Source: Podarcis gaigeae (taxonomy: Eukaryota). Taken from it: a DNA stretch of 64,000 nucleotides. This document shows positions 25,223-37,751 of this stretch, in pieces. The notes under the pieces are model-generated. The model did no database searches. It was given only the letters and a program-made list of their open reading frames with translations, and had not been told where the DNA came from. How positions within the stretch are numbered: the stretch's first letter is position 1; each line of letters begins with the position of its first letter. The translations under genes were made by a program, and so were the position numbers. Where the stretch lies: NCBI GenBank assembly GCA_964106915.2, contig OZ066919.1; one strand, 5' to 3'.

Positions 25223-25663
25223 TATGGATATTTTAGAAAGTGAAAAAGCAAACTTGGGCACTCTATCTTTTGGAATGACACAATTTCTGCACCCTCTCCT
25301 AAGCTGTTGTCCTTGACTGCTGCTGTATTGAGTATATGACTCAAATTATCTGGATGAGTACCAGACCAGATTCTCATCCTGCCAGATCTCTGTGATGCAA
25401 ACAAACTATGTGGTCTTGTCCCCAATGCCCCATGGTACGCAGCACACTGACCTGGCATTCACCAGCAAAAATGGAAGTTTGGGAACAACACTATCCTATA
25501 ACTTACCAGTCCCTAGAATACTGATGGCACACTGTTTTTGTTCCCCACTCCTTCCATAGCCACAAACGGAATTGGCTGTCACCAATATCCTCCTTCCCTG
25601 CAGACTCTACAGTGTACAAACCTGCAGACATATAATGATTGTTTCCCTGTCTGGACTCCACAG

Positions 25664-25793
25664 GCCCCAGCCCCACCAGCCTACCAACAATCCCAATGCA
25701 TCCAAGATGGCGCAGAAGGTGGGTGGTGCTGATGGCTGTCCCCGCTGCGGACAGGCTGTGTATGCTGCCGAGAAGGTGGTTGGAGCTGGAAAG
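25664..25793 (+). CDS. CSRP1: CSRP1 exon 4, linker and start of LIM2
   Basis: ccacAG|G; encodes (Q)[43 protein letters not shown]; donor AAG|GTAAGA; 130 nt. Confidence 0.96.
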
Positions 25794-26399
25794 GTAAGAG
25801 CCTCTGTTAAGAGCTGAACCTCAGAGCATAAATCACACACTGGTGTGAGAGTAAATCAAAAACAATGGATGCAATGGGGAAACCGCTTCCAGTTGGGGTT
25901 TCCTGATTTGGGGAATACATAGTGAAACACACGCGTGTGGAATTTCCCCACATTGCAGTTTACACTAAACTTGTTGCATGGGGTGGAATTTAATGTTGCA
26001 GTATTATGAATGTTCCGTTTTCGGAAGCATTTCAGCTTGCCAGACAGAGCAAACTTCCCTCCCCTCTCCTCTCCTCTTGGGTTTCTTCCAGTGCCCCCTG
26101 AGCCAATTGCAGGGGGCATGGGGAAGGGGGGGAGAGAAGGCCCATCACACAAACAGAATCCTTGCACAGGGTTTCCACTCACAGGCTCCTTAGGCAAATC
26201 CTGCCCATGGAAACTATGTCTGTGTAAGAACTTCATGTTATAAGAAGCAGCTCTTGAGTGTTCAACAACTTTTTGTGAAGGTGCTTAAAGCAGCCTTCAA
26301 AACTTATCCTCTGTCAAATTACCATGGATATTTTTGTAATCTATTGCAGAATCAAGACAGAAATGTGGCATCTTTTTGTTGCAGTGTACACTGATCTTT

Positions 26400-26748
26400 A
26401 AGGACACAGGTGGCGCTGTGGGTTAAACCACAGAGCCTAGGACTTGCCGATCAGAAGGTCGGCGGTTCAAATCCCTGCGATGGGGTGAGCTCCTGTTGCT
26501 TGGTCCCTGCTCCTGCCAACCTAGCAGTTTGAAAGCACATCAGAGTGCAAGTAGATAAATAGGTACCACTCTGGCGGGAAGGTAAATGGCGTTTCCGTGT
26601 GCTGCTCTGGTTCGCCAAAAGCGGCTTAGTCATGCTGGCCACATGACCCGGAAGCTGTAGGCCGGCTCCCTCGGCCAATAAAGCAAGATGAGCGCCCCAA
26701 CCCCAGAGTCAGTCACGACTGGACCTAATGGTCAAGGGTCCCTTTACC
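26400..26748 (+). mobile_element. Sauria SINE, subfamily A (CSRP1 intron 4)
   Basis: Full length; TSD TACACT(G/A)ATCTTT. Confidence 0.92.
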
Positions 26749-27114
26749 TACACTAATCTTTGGAACTCCTTGCCCTAAATTATGATTAAGGTTAGCAGCA
26801 TAAATGAGGCTAAGCGATTACATAGGAATATCAGTGAAGATATTTGGGGTGTGTTCATTCTCTTCCTTGGGTTGCATGCAAACCTTAAGTGCTAAAACCT
26901 AGGAGTGATCACTAGGAATTTGGAATATTTCAGTACAAAACAGTATTTGGGATGGGAAGATGGGTGACTGGGCTGCAGGCCTCGTGCATTGCCAGTGAGA
27001 ACTACTGTCTTTAAAAAAATAAGAACCTGACAACACCTAATGTAGGAGTCCAAAAGTGTTGTGGTGAATCCTTTTACTTGCACCCTAACATCTTGTCTTC
27101 TGTGTTGTCCTCAG

Positions 27115-27208
27115 TCATGGCACAAAGCATGTTTCAGATGTGCAAAGTGTGGTAAAAGTTTAGAGTCCACTACTTTGGCTGATAAAGACGGTGAAATCTA
27201 CTGCAAAG
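27115..27208 (+). CDS. CSRP1: CSRP1 exon 5, LIM2
   Basis: cctcAG|TCA; encodes [31 protein letters not shown]; donor G|GTAAGA; 94 nt. Confidence 0.97.
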
Positions 27209-27926
27209 GTAAGAATTTATATTTCAGGATATCTTGCTTGTGTTAGATTTCTAGTGAGATGTGATGGTTAGTCATGGGTCAATGTGTCAAATATGACGCT
27301 AATGCAAAGGGTGTTCTGTCCGCCTCCAGATGGTCTTGGAGGACCAAGATGCAAAATTGCAAAAGGTTGCTATTTAGGGCTTTCATAGAACCATAGGTGG
27401 CAAACCTCTAATATTTATAACTGTTCCTTGACTTGCAGTGTAATAGTGAGACCGATAAATTCCCCCTACCCTTCATCAGTTTGCCCACCTTGATAATATC
27501 TAATGATACCTACAGGTATATACATAAACATGTTTTCCATATCAGCACAGTGTGTCTTAAGGCCTAAACAACTCACAATGCCCTTGTCTTGTGTAACTTA
27601 CCGCTGATGCTCATTGTTGTTGTACAAAATTATTAATCACAGTGGGTGGGAAGAGGCTTCTTATCTCTATGCCTCTAGTGGGTTTTCCACTAAAACTTTT
27701 AAATGCAATGGCTGCAGATTGCAGCCTCTACAGCTGTGTTTTGTAAAAAAATAATAATAATGAAAGTGTTTGAAATGGAGTGGGAGAAGTTACATGTGTG
27801 TAGTTTGCCCCTGAAAAGGGAAGTGTAATTTTCCTGCTTTTGCTCAGTGATTTATGCTGTATGAACTGTTGGTTTGCCGCATAGCCAACACTCTGACTGT
27901 GTCTCTCTTCACCTTTTCTCCTGCAG

Positions 27927-28003
27927 GCTGCTATGCCAAGAACTTCGGACCCAAGGGCTTTGGCTTTGGGCAGGGAGCTGGAGCACTTGTCCACTCCCAG
28001 TGA
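27927..28003 (+). CDS. CSRP1: CSRP1 last coding exon
   Basis: ctgcAG|GC; encodes (G)[24 protein letters not shown] then TGA. Total CDS is 112+169+130+94+77 = 582 nt, or 193 aa. Confidence 0.97.
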
Positions 28004-28602
28004 AGAGCTGGCCCTTGAGAGACTTTGAAGTCTCTTCTCCAGCACTGAATGCTTTGCCAATGCTGAACTCATCCAGACTGACCCTCAAGGCAATTTCACC
28101 AGTTCTTGCAAATGTATTAACAGTAACAGAATCTGCTGCTTTCCAGTGTATCACTGGCCCACCTCCTGTTTACTAGCTCAGCAGCCAACCATATAGTCCT
28201 GACCCATATGCCCTAGAAGACACTAAAGTTTCTCATGATCTGCAGTGCGCTCTAACCTACCATGGCTCACATTAATACAGTGGCCTTCTTAAATACAGTT
28301 TCACGCTTTCAGCCACAGCTGAAACTATATACAGCAGAGAGCATAGCCATTTCCATATATAAAACACTGTGATAGCTTCTTCAAAACACCTCTTGCTCCC
28401 ACCCCTAGCAAAGGTTATTTTTGTGAGAACATATTATATATTGTGATATTAAGTCTTATTGAAAAGTCAAGTGCAAAATATGAAGCTGATCAAAGATGAT
28501 TGTGGACCACAAGGATAAAGAGCTGAAAACTTAAACTACTTAGTTGTGTACAAGTGATACAGCGAAGTAAAGGGAAAGTGTGTAAACATGCACAAAAGTG
28601 TA

Positions 28603-28608
28603 AATAAA
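28603..28608 (+). terminator. CSRP1: Proximal polyadenylation signal of CSRP1
   Basis: AATAAA about 600 nt downstream of the stop codon. Confidence 0.6.
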
Positions 28609-29627
28609 GCACTTTTCTAGAGTTTGGAGGAACTATGCAGGCAAATCCTAAACTGTTGTAACCTTGAACATTTCAGAAAAATTACTAATATATTTTCATA
28701 TTTGGGAGAATTTAGATCATATCAAAATAAGGTTTCGGAGACTGATACACAGGTGCTTTCCCTAATGGCATTGCCCACCATTCCTGTCACTTCTAGAAGG
28801 TGTACAAGTTTGAAGGTGTACAACCAAAGATTCAATATTTGTTACTTACGGCGACTGGGACCACTGAGAAGTAGAAGGTTTAGAAGTCCAATTTGCTACT
28901 GTTTAAGGTTATCACCAGTCCTTTCTGTGTCACTTCCCCCTTGAACAAAGGAAGTGCTTAATGGGTCAGCTTCACTTCTTTGCCTTGAGGGTAGCCCCTG
29001 TTTGTTCTTGTCTCTGCTTAGGGAGGTTCCCTGGGCAGGAGAGGACCTGTCTATTGCATTGTCATGGAACTACAGGCACCTGAGTATCCTGTCCAAACAA
29101 GCACTAAAAACAGGAGCTGTCAGATTCAATTCACTTCCTGCAAAGCTCTTAATGTAATAGAAGATTGAAGCCAGTGATTAACTGGACCTGTAGTGTATCA
29201 TTTTATAGAGTTTAAGAAGAGATTAAGGAAGATTCCAAACCACAGAAGCTGTAGATCTTATAAGCATCTATATATGGGGTCTAATGTTTGCAGTCTTACT
29301 ACTTCCTTTTATGAAGCTCAGGGGAAGTCTTGCTTTCAATGTATAAGCCTTCAAAGGGTTTGGAGCTTTTTAACAGATAATCTAGGTCACGTGTTCCCCA
29401 ATTTATTTAGCACAATATGGGTCCATATTAGTTTTCAGTGTGATCTAAATGCACAGTTCATATCCTTTCCTTTAGGATGCAGTCTGAATAATGTTTTAAT
29501 CTCTCCGCTTTAGGGGATTTGCATGAAATTAGATTACATTTCTGTGGGTCCATGCACATTTGTTACAAACTTGCCAGAAAACCTGTAGTAATAACATTTT
29601 TACAATGTTCTGTTACATACTAGAGCA

Positions 29628-29652
29628 AATAAAATTCCATGTATTCAATAAA
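29628..29652 (+). terminator. CSRP1: Tandem distal polyadenylation signals (possible long CSRP1 3'UTR)
   Basis: AATAAA at 29628 and 29647, followed by the GT-rich gtttgtgtgtctggctgt. Confidence 0.45.
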
Positions 29653-30152
29653 GCGGTTAAAAGGAGTTTGTGTGTCTGGCTGTCCTGTATTTAAGGAAGA
29701 GGAAACCTGCCATGAATCTATGTGGGAAAGCCTGCATCTTTGCAGTTTCTAGAGATGAAGGCAGAAATAATGCATGCGGGTGAGGGAAATAATACATGCA
29801 CAGAGATATTCTCTCGCCCTCCCCGCCACCTGTCACTGCTGAAAAACATTTGAATCTGCACTTTGAGCTGATGAGGGCATTTGTAGCTAGCAACTCTAGC
29901 AAAATTGGGGTGGGCCACCCAGGAATGTCAGGCATGGTTTCGAAGGTGATTTGTCACAAGAGGAGCAGACCAGTCTGAGTGCTGGAACTCTGGGTCTGTG
30001 GCAGTCCTCGAGCTGAAATCAATTGGAAAGTGAACTTGAAAGAGCCTTCCTTTAGGGCAAGGATGGTCAAGCAGGAGTCCAACAACATTTGAAGAACACA
30101 TTAGGGATCAGATGTGCTTAGCACATTAACCTGTGTGGCAGGTGGGGCCACT

Positions 30153-31513
30153 AATAATAATATAATAATAATTTATTATTTATACCCCGCCCATCTGGCT
30201 GGGCCTCCCCAGCCACTCTGGGCGGCTTCCATAAAAACCAAAAATACAGTAAAATCACACGCTAAAAACTTCCTTAAACAGGGCTGCCTTAAGATGGCTT
30301 CTGAATGTCAGGTAGTTGTTTATTGCTTTGACATCTGCTGGAAGGGCGTTCCACAGGATGGGCGCCACTACCGAGAAGGCCCTCTGCCTGGTTCCCTGTA
30401 GCTTTGCTTCTCGCAATGAGGGAACCGCCAGAAGGCCCTTGGCGCTGGACCTCAGCGTCCGGGCAGAATGATGGGGGTGGAGACGCTCCTTCAGGTATAC
30501 TGGACCGAGGCCGTTTAGGGCTTTAAAGCTCAGCACCAACACTTTGAATTGTGCTCGGAAACATACTGGGAGCCAATGTAGGTCTTTCAAGACCGGTGTT
30601 ATATGGTCTCGGCGGCCGCTCCCAGTCACCAGTCTAGCTGCCGCATTCTGGATTAGTTGTAGTTTCCGAGTCACCTTCAAAGGTAGCCCCACGTAGAGTG
30701 CATTGCAGTAGTCCAAGCGGGAGATAACCAGAGCATGCACCACTCTGGCGAGACAGTCCGCAGGCAGATAGGGTCTCAGCCTACGTACCAGATGGAGCTG
30801 GTAAACAGCTGCCCTGGACACAGATTTGACCTGTGCCTCCATGGACAGCTGTGAGTCCAAAATGACTCCCAGGCTGCGCACCTGGTCCTTCAGGGGCACA
30901 GTTACCCCATTCAGGACCAGGGAATCCTCCACACCTGCCCGCCTCCTGTCCCCCAGAAACAGTACTTCTGTCTTGTCAGGATTCAACCTCAATCTGTTAG
31001 CCGCCATCCATCCTCCAACCGCCTCCAGACACTCACACAGGACCTTCACTGCCCTCACTGGTTCTGATTTAAAAGAGAGGTAGAACTGGGTATCATCTGC
31101 ATACTGATGAACACCCAGCCCAAACCTCCTGATGATCTCTCCCAGCGGCTGCATGTAGATGTTGAAAAGCATGGGGGAGAGGACAGAACTCTGAGGCACC
31201 CCACAAGTGAGAGCCCAGGGGTCTGAACACTCATCCCCCCCACCACTTTCTGAACACGGCCCAGGAGGAAGGAGCGGAACCACTGTAGGACAGTGCCCCC
31301 AGCTCCCAGCCCCTCAAGACGGTCCAGAAGGATGTTATGGTCGATGGTATCAAACGCCGCTGAGAGATCCAGCAGAACTAGGAAACAGCTCTCACCTTTG
31401 TCCCTAGCCCGCCGGAGATCATCAACCAGTGCGACCAAGGCAGTTTCAGTCCCATGATGAGGCCTGAATCCCGACTGGAAGGGATTCAAATGGTCCGCTT
31501 CTTCCAGGCGTGC
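30153..31513 (-). mobile_element. L2/CR1-group LINE, 5'-truncated, reverse transcriptase region
   Basis: ORFs 31055-31534 and 30255-31283 give QSGFRPHHGTETAL, LLDLSAAFDTIDH, GVPQSSVLSPMLFNIYM, YADDTQ and SRLDYCN; one frameshift at about 31235-31245; simple-repeat tail. Confidence 0.95.
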
Positions 31514-31842
31514 CACTTTCTGTTTCATACACATAACCCAAAATGTGATGTCAGGAAAGTCAGTAGAGCATGAGATTCTACTGGGTGAAAGATTCTTGCA
31601 TTGCAGGGGGTTGGACTAGAAGATTATCCTCATGGTCCCAACTCTACAATTCATTGATTCTGTGATTCTTTGACAGGACTGTCATACAACCTCATTTACT
31701 TTGGTTCAACAGCTTTATCAATCCTGGCACTTCAAGGTAGATAACTATTTTTTTTTTGTCATGCTTAAGGAGATTCCAGAGTTTCCCTCTTTCCTCCACA
31801 CTGTACTAATATTTGCTTCTCATCCAGTGGAACCCCTTCTCC

Positions 31843-32231
31843 AGGTAAAGGTAAAGGTAAAGGGACCCCTGACCATTAGGTCCAGTCGGGACCGACTCTG
31901 GGGTTGCGGCGCTCATCTCGCTTTATTGGCCGAGGGAGCCGGCATACAGCTTCCAGGTCATGTGGCCAGCATGACTAAGCCACTTCTGGTGAACCAGAGC
32001 AACGCACAGAAACACCATTTACCTTCCCGCCACAGCAGTACCTATTTATCTACTTACACTACAGAGCAGTTATCTACAGAGCAGTACCTATTTATCTACT
32101 TACTTACGTGCTTTCGAACTGCTAGGGCAGGAGCAGGGACCGAGCAACGGGAGCTCACCCTGTCGCGGGGATTCAAACCGCCGACCTTCTGATCAGCAAG
32201 CCCTAGGCTCTGTGGTTTAACCCACAATGCC
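31843..32231 (-). mobile_element. Sauria SINE, subfamily A, with internal duplication
   Basis: Tail (aggtaa)n; duplicated gcagtacctatttatctactta at about 32035-32102. Confidence 0.9.
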
Positions 32232-33650
32232 TTCTGCCACCGGGCTGTGATTTAATACATTTTAATCTTCACAGACCTTCATTTCTCACTTGGAGGGACA
32301 GTTCCCTCATCTACGTTTTGGGGGCTTGTCATTTCTGTGGACAGAGCCTGGTGTTCCAGAGATTTCTCTTGAACATCTGGATTTGGTGCTAGAGCATTGA
32401 AGCAGAAATAGGAGACACCTCCTGTGAGGGTTCATTGTGAGCAAACAAATCATGCTTTGAGCCTGCCTTGTCTTACTCAAGTGGCCTGGCGACCTCTACT
32501 GGCAGTGCTCTGAATATTACAGCATGGCATGCAGGACTCCTAGTTTTCACAAATATACAGTATCAGGTCTGCTATGAACATTTACGTTTTGGATATTTGT
32601 TTTAAAAAATCTGCTGTAATGCAGTTACATGGATAATTTAAACAACCCCTGTCTCAGAATGATATGTGACATGTATTTCAAGCCGTGACATGTACTTCTT
32701 TCAAATGCACTAACTTACAAATAACAGTTTTCTTAGAAAAACAGGGTTTATTTCTCTAGGCCAGGTCTGCGCTACATAAAGTCCACAGGTCAATTGCAGC
32801 TCCATCCCTATTTGTGGGCTTCTGTGGAAATTCCAAACACCCATGGTGTTGCAGCCCATTTCTGTCTCTTGTGGAAGTAGCTAAAGCCTATCCAACCCCA
32901 GCAATATTTGGAGCGAAGAGAGTGCCTGTGCCTGTACTGTTCCTCCCAGTATTGCCCAGATTCCAAAAGCACATGAAAGAGTTAGTGACAGCTTTTTCAT
33001 CCAGCAAATCAAGCTGCTTGGGCTCACCTGTGCCCATGAAGTCTTCACTAGTGTGAGCTGCTGGGATACTGAAAGCTTAATGAAAACTCGTAGGGACTTC
33101 AGATAAGGTGGTAGGGAATGGCAGAATGGGATGGGAAGGTGGGGAGAAAAGAGAATGAAGACTAGAGGAAGAAAAGGGGAGCAGAGATGGGGAAATGGGA
33201 AAAGGTGGGGATAGATGGGATTTGCAGATTTGTGGTGAAGCAGAAGATAGATGTGTGTGATTTGAGAGAGAAAAGGAAGCTGTATGTAATGGAGAAAGAA
33301 AAGGAGGGGGGTTAACAGAAAGGAGCTTAGAGAGAACTGTCACAGTGCAGAGAAAAGTTAGTGCACTGTGCAGAGAGAAAAGGGAGGTTAAAAACGGAGT
33401 TAGAAGCAACAAAAATATTTTCTCTGATCAGCTTAGCAATGAGGCCCTCTTGAGCTAACAAAAATATAAAAGGTTGTCTCAGGGTGGCGAGTTCCAGTTG
33501 CATGTAATCAATTTGTCAAACTGATCCTTCGGCATCTTGGACATCACTGCCCTTTAGAGTTTCCCATTACAGATTCTATTAAGTAAAACTAAAACTCTCA
33601 AATGTGTATAAAAGGAGAGAATTCAATCTGAAGGGTTTTCCCTCACTATA

Positions 33651-33873
33651 CAGTGGTATCTTGGGTTAAGAACTTACCGTAATTCATTCTGGAGGTCCAT
33701 TCTTAACCTGAAACTGTTCTTAACCTGAGGTACCACTTTAGCTAATGGGGTCTCCCCCTGCCGCCGCAGCGCAATTTCTGTTCTCATCCTGAAGCAAAGT
33801 TCTTAACCCGAGGTACTATTTCTGGGTTAGCGGAGTCTGTAACCTGAAGTGTCTGTAACCCGAGGTACCACTA
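33651..33873. mobile_element. Tc1/mariner (Tigger-like) MITE
   Basis: Same family as the element at 24982-25222. Confidence 0.85.
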
Positions 33874-35158
33874 TCGTGCCACCATGACTAGGTAAGCTGC
33901 ATTTCTGAGCATATGATGCCACAATCTTGTCCTTAGCTACACAATAGCTTCAATGCCCTCAGTAATTTCTTATTTGGTTCACATAATGTGGGGGTGCCCA
34001 CATCACTCTTCTCCTCCAAGGACTACCTTGTAATGATCTGGCTTCTCCCCTTTGTTTAAATTACTTTCCAGACACTTTTAGCATTGTGCGGACCTGTTTC
34101 CTAATGGGAAATTTACTAGAAAAGGATTCATTTGTATGCGCATGGAATACTGCTTATGTGAGTCAGCTTTCATTCTAGGCCATGGGAGCCTACAAAGCTC
34201 CACCGTTGAAACAGCAAGCCATTTTTGTAGTTGAATAACTCAGCCACCCAAGGAGCTGCTGCATACTGCTTATGTGAAATACATATTTATTGAGATGTGG
34301 TTCAACAGCAGAATAACTAAAGAGCAATGCTCAGGATCTAGCACAGAGAGACTCTTGCACTGCACACAACTCAATCTAGTCTCTGTGTCAGCATATTTAG
34401 CAGCAACCTGTGCTTTATTACTTTGTGCTTTATTACTTTGTGAGCAAGAAAAATGCTCTTAAAAGATGTGGAGAGGAAGCCAGATGGGAAAACCGATAGC
34501 CTTTGTCAGATACTATGGAGATCTTCTGTTTCCTCTACCTCTCCCATGATGATTATTTCATAAAGAATGCATGGGACATTCCATTCTATTGTGAGAACAA
34601 ACTTATTGGGTCTGATCAGTTTAGCCCTGTATCCTGTCTCTGGCAGCGACCAGGTTTCAGTGCTCCAGGAAGTGTTGGTACCATGCCAAAGGGCATGAAG
34701 AGTACTCTGATTGATTTTACATTTAAAATAAATTTAACTTAAATGTAATGACTACATTGGCCAGATACAGACTGGGCAACTTTATATGAGGGGCAAAGGG
34801 AATAACCCAGTTCTGAATTACTTAGGGTGGGGGATGGCTCATCCAGGCATTCTGCAAGGTACCACCAGAAGGTAGGAATTATTTCCCTTTAAGCTTCTAG
34901 CGCATGGGAGGGCTTTGTGTGCTTCCAGACATGGCTGGGATTAATTTGCAAATGGTTCACACATGGGTCACCGACATCAGGGCTGAAGTGTTTTTTACTT
35001 ACCGAATTTCCCCAAAAATGTAGATTCAGATAAAAGAAGGGAGAGTCTGGTTGGCATATTGATGCCAATGGCCATGTGTGGGTGCTACATTAGATGGAGA
35101 TTAGCCACCCAGGGACAGCCCTGTGCTGCATACAGCCTCCTCCAGGCATCCGATAGGC

Positions 35159-35744
35159 CAGTGGTTTTCAACCAGTGTGCTGTGGCACCCTGGGGTGCCT
35201 TGAATGGTGGTCAGGGGTGCCGTGAGCAACACTTCCCTCTGTCCCTCTTTCCTTCCTTCCTTCCTTCCCTCCTCTGATGCCCTCTTGCATCTCTGCCTCC
35301 CAGAGGCTTGCACAGCTCTTTGTTGCAGCAGCCCAGGCTACAAGCTCCACAGGCGAATGGTGCCTCTGGGGCTGGCCGAGGGGTGCTGGTTGCCAGGAAG
35401 CTGAGGCAGCCTCGTAGTAAGCAAGCAGGCGAGGAAGCCCAGCCAGCCTGTCAGCTCTTGCTGTTGGGAATGAACAGACAAGTCCCAGGCCCCTGTGGGG
35501 CAGTGTGAGGAGACACCTCTTTGGGGGGTAGGGAGGGAGCTCAGAGACCAGCGGTGGCAATGGCAGCTGCCCAGAGGACTCCCAAGGAGAGGGGAGAGGA
35601 GAGGAGGCTGAGGGAGGCACAAGGGAGGGTGTTTGGAAAAGGGCAAGGGGTAACATAACTGGGCTCCTGAGCCCTACAGGGGTGCCACAGAAAGAATGTA
35701 GTTGGTCAAGGGAGCCATGGACTCAAAAAGGTTGAAAACCTCTG
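35159..35744. mobile_element. Non-autonomous hAT (Charlie-type) element
   Basis: TIRs CAGTGGTTTTCAACC / GGTTGAAAACCTCTG; TSD CGATAGGC/CCATAGGC. Confidence 0.85.
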
Positions 35745-35834
35745 CCATAGGCCAACAGGGCTTGAACGTATGTTTCTCTTCTACAGTCTATCCAACATTA
35801 ACACACCACAAAGGTTCAGAAGGTGCTTTTCAGG

Positions 35835-36135
35835 TTTGGTGTTTATCGGCTTAAGGAGACTATCAGAAGAGATCATAAAGAAAAAAGAGAAAATATATGA
35901 ACAAGATGTGGTGTGGAAACAGCAAGAAAGACTGGATAGAATTATGAACTCTGTTTGGATTGATTTGGACTGATTTGGACATTAACGCAGTAGCAAGAAG
36001 ATGATCAGAATCCCCCTTCGGATTTTGAAATATGGGTCCCCCCAACAAAAAAATTAAAATTCGGCTTTGTAATTCGGAATTTATGTGATGTGATTTAATT
36101 TGATTTGATTGGCCGGTTAATAAAAATTATAAAAA
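35835..36135 (+). mobile_element. Short polyadenylated retroposed insertion
   Basis: Perfect 17-bp TSD AGAAGGTGCTTTTCAGG (35818-35834, 36136-36152); AATAAA plus A-rich tail. Confidence 0.8.
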
Positions 36136-36780
36136 AGAAGGTGCTTTTCAGGGTGACGTGCCTTCCTTGCCCATCTTTCCTAACTTTGTATCCCAGTTTC
36201 AGCCTTTCTTTTTCAGTCATATTGTGGAATGCTTGTAAAATATCTTGCACATGATGTCTCTGTAAACTTGGAGACAGGTTTACTACGGTTGCTATCCATC
36301 ATTTGGGAGACACTTTCCCTCCTGGGTTACAAAGCACCTGTGCATTGCAAAGACAATCTGATATCAACACGATGCCATGTTGCATTTATGGTCCCAGCTG
36401 CACATGGGTGGTAGTGAGAAGCTGCCATCTATTGGGTCAGAACATTGGTTCATCTAGCTTAATAATGTCTACACTGACTCCCAGCAGCTCCAGAGACAGA
36501 TTTAGGGGAGCACGACTGGTTCATTCACACTGGGCACAAAACCTAGGGGTGGTAGTGATGATGGGGATGCCACAACTATTATTTAGAACGGAGCGTGAAA
36601 GGTAGTTGGCGGGGGTGAATTTTGGCATCACACAGTGCACCAATGAAATTTGAGACCCGAAGGTCTGCCACTAGTAGCTCTCCAAAGTTTCAGACAGGAA
36701 GTCTCTCCTGGTCTTACCTGCAGAGGCTTGGGATTGAACCTGGGACCTTCTGCATGCTATGGCCCTTTCCCATGTAAAAA

Positions 36781-36960
36781 GCAGTGTGGTGTAGTGGTTA
36801 GAGTGTTGGACTGAGACCTGGGAGCCCACTAGGTGACCTTGGTCCAGTCACTGCCTTGCAGCCTGACCTACCTTGCCAGGTTGTTATGAGGATAAATTGG
36901 AAAGAGGGAGAAGAGTGTAAACACCTTGATATTCCTGGAGGAAAGGTGGGATAGAAATGC
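36781..36960 (+). mobile_element. MIR/Ther1-derived SINE
   Basis: Head gcagtgtggtgtagtggttagagtgttggact, core gtgaccttgg..cagtcac, (CAT)n tail. Confidence 0.7.
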
Positions 36961-37494
36961 CATCATCATCATCATCATCATAAAATAAAACTTCCACCAC
37001 AAACACAATGGATGCTTGAATAATTGGTTTTCTGCCAGCTTTTGTCTTTTTCAAAAATCCCCAAGAACAAAAGGTGCAGCTTCCCTTGCAAGGAGAAAGG
37101 CAGCAGGATGAAAAGCAACCAAATGATCTTGAGAGAGAAGAAATTGGCTCGGAAGAAAAGGATTATGCAACCCCACCACCACCCCAATTCTTTCTTCGCT
37201 CTCAATTAATCGCCTCCAGCTACTGCTTGTCATTAGCAAAACATAAACAGAACAGGGGAAGCTGCATGGGGCTCTGTGCCACTTGTAGTTCGCTCAGGAG
37301 CTGTGCTTCAGCTGATATCCAGGTGGGTACAAAAGGGGCAGGAGAATTTTTTCAAAGATTTTCTCCCTCGTTTATTCTGCAGAAGGGAACACTGTCACCC
37401 AGCTCACAGCTAACAGTTGTTCTCACTGGGGGAGGGAGGGGTCCTTACTCTTGTGGGCTGAGCAGGCCGCCATCTAGCTTAGTATTGCCTACAC

Positions 37495-37751
37495 CAGGGG
37501 TAGGCAACCTAAGGCCCGGGGGCCAGAGGCGGCACAATTGCCTTCTCAACCTGGCCCGTGGACTGTCCAGGAATCAGCGTGTTTTTACATGAGTAGAATG
37601 TGTGCTCTTATTTAAAATGCATCTCTGGGTTATTTGTGGGGCATAGGAATTCGTTCGTTTGTTTTTTTTTTTCCCAAAATATAGTCTGGCCCACCACATG
37701 CTCTGAGCAACGGTGGACCGGCCCACGGCTGAAAAAGGTTGCTGACCCCTG
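37495..37751. mobile_element. Non-autonomous hAT element, OposCharlie1-like
   Basis: TIRs CAGGGGTAGGCAACCT / AGGTTGCTGACCCCTG; internal gggttatttgtggggcataggaattcgttc segment. Confidence 0.7.

Noticed and set aside
30255-31534. Reverse transcriptase ORFs as a retron or novel RT system
   Set aside because: The motifs and tail identify an ordinary truncated, frameshifted L2/CR1-group LINE.
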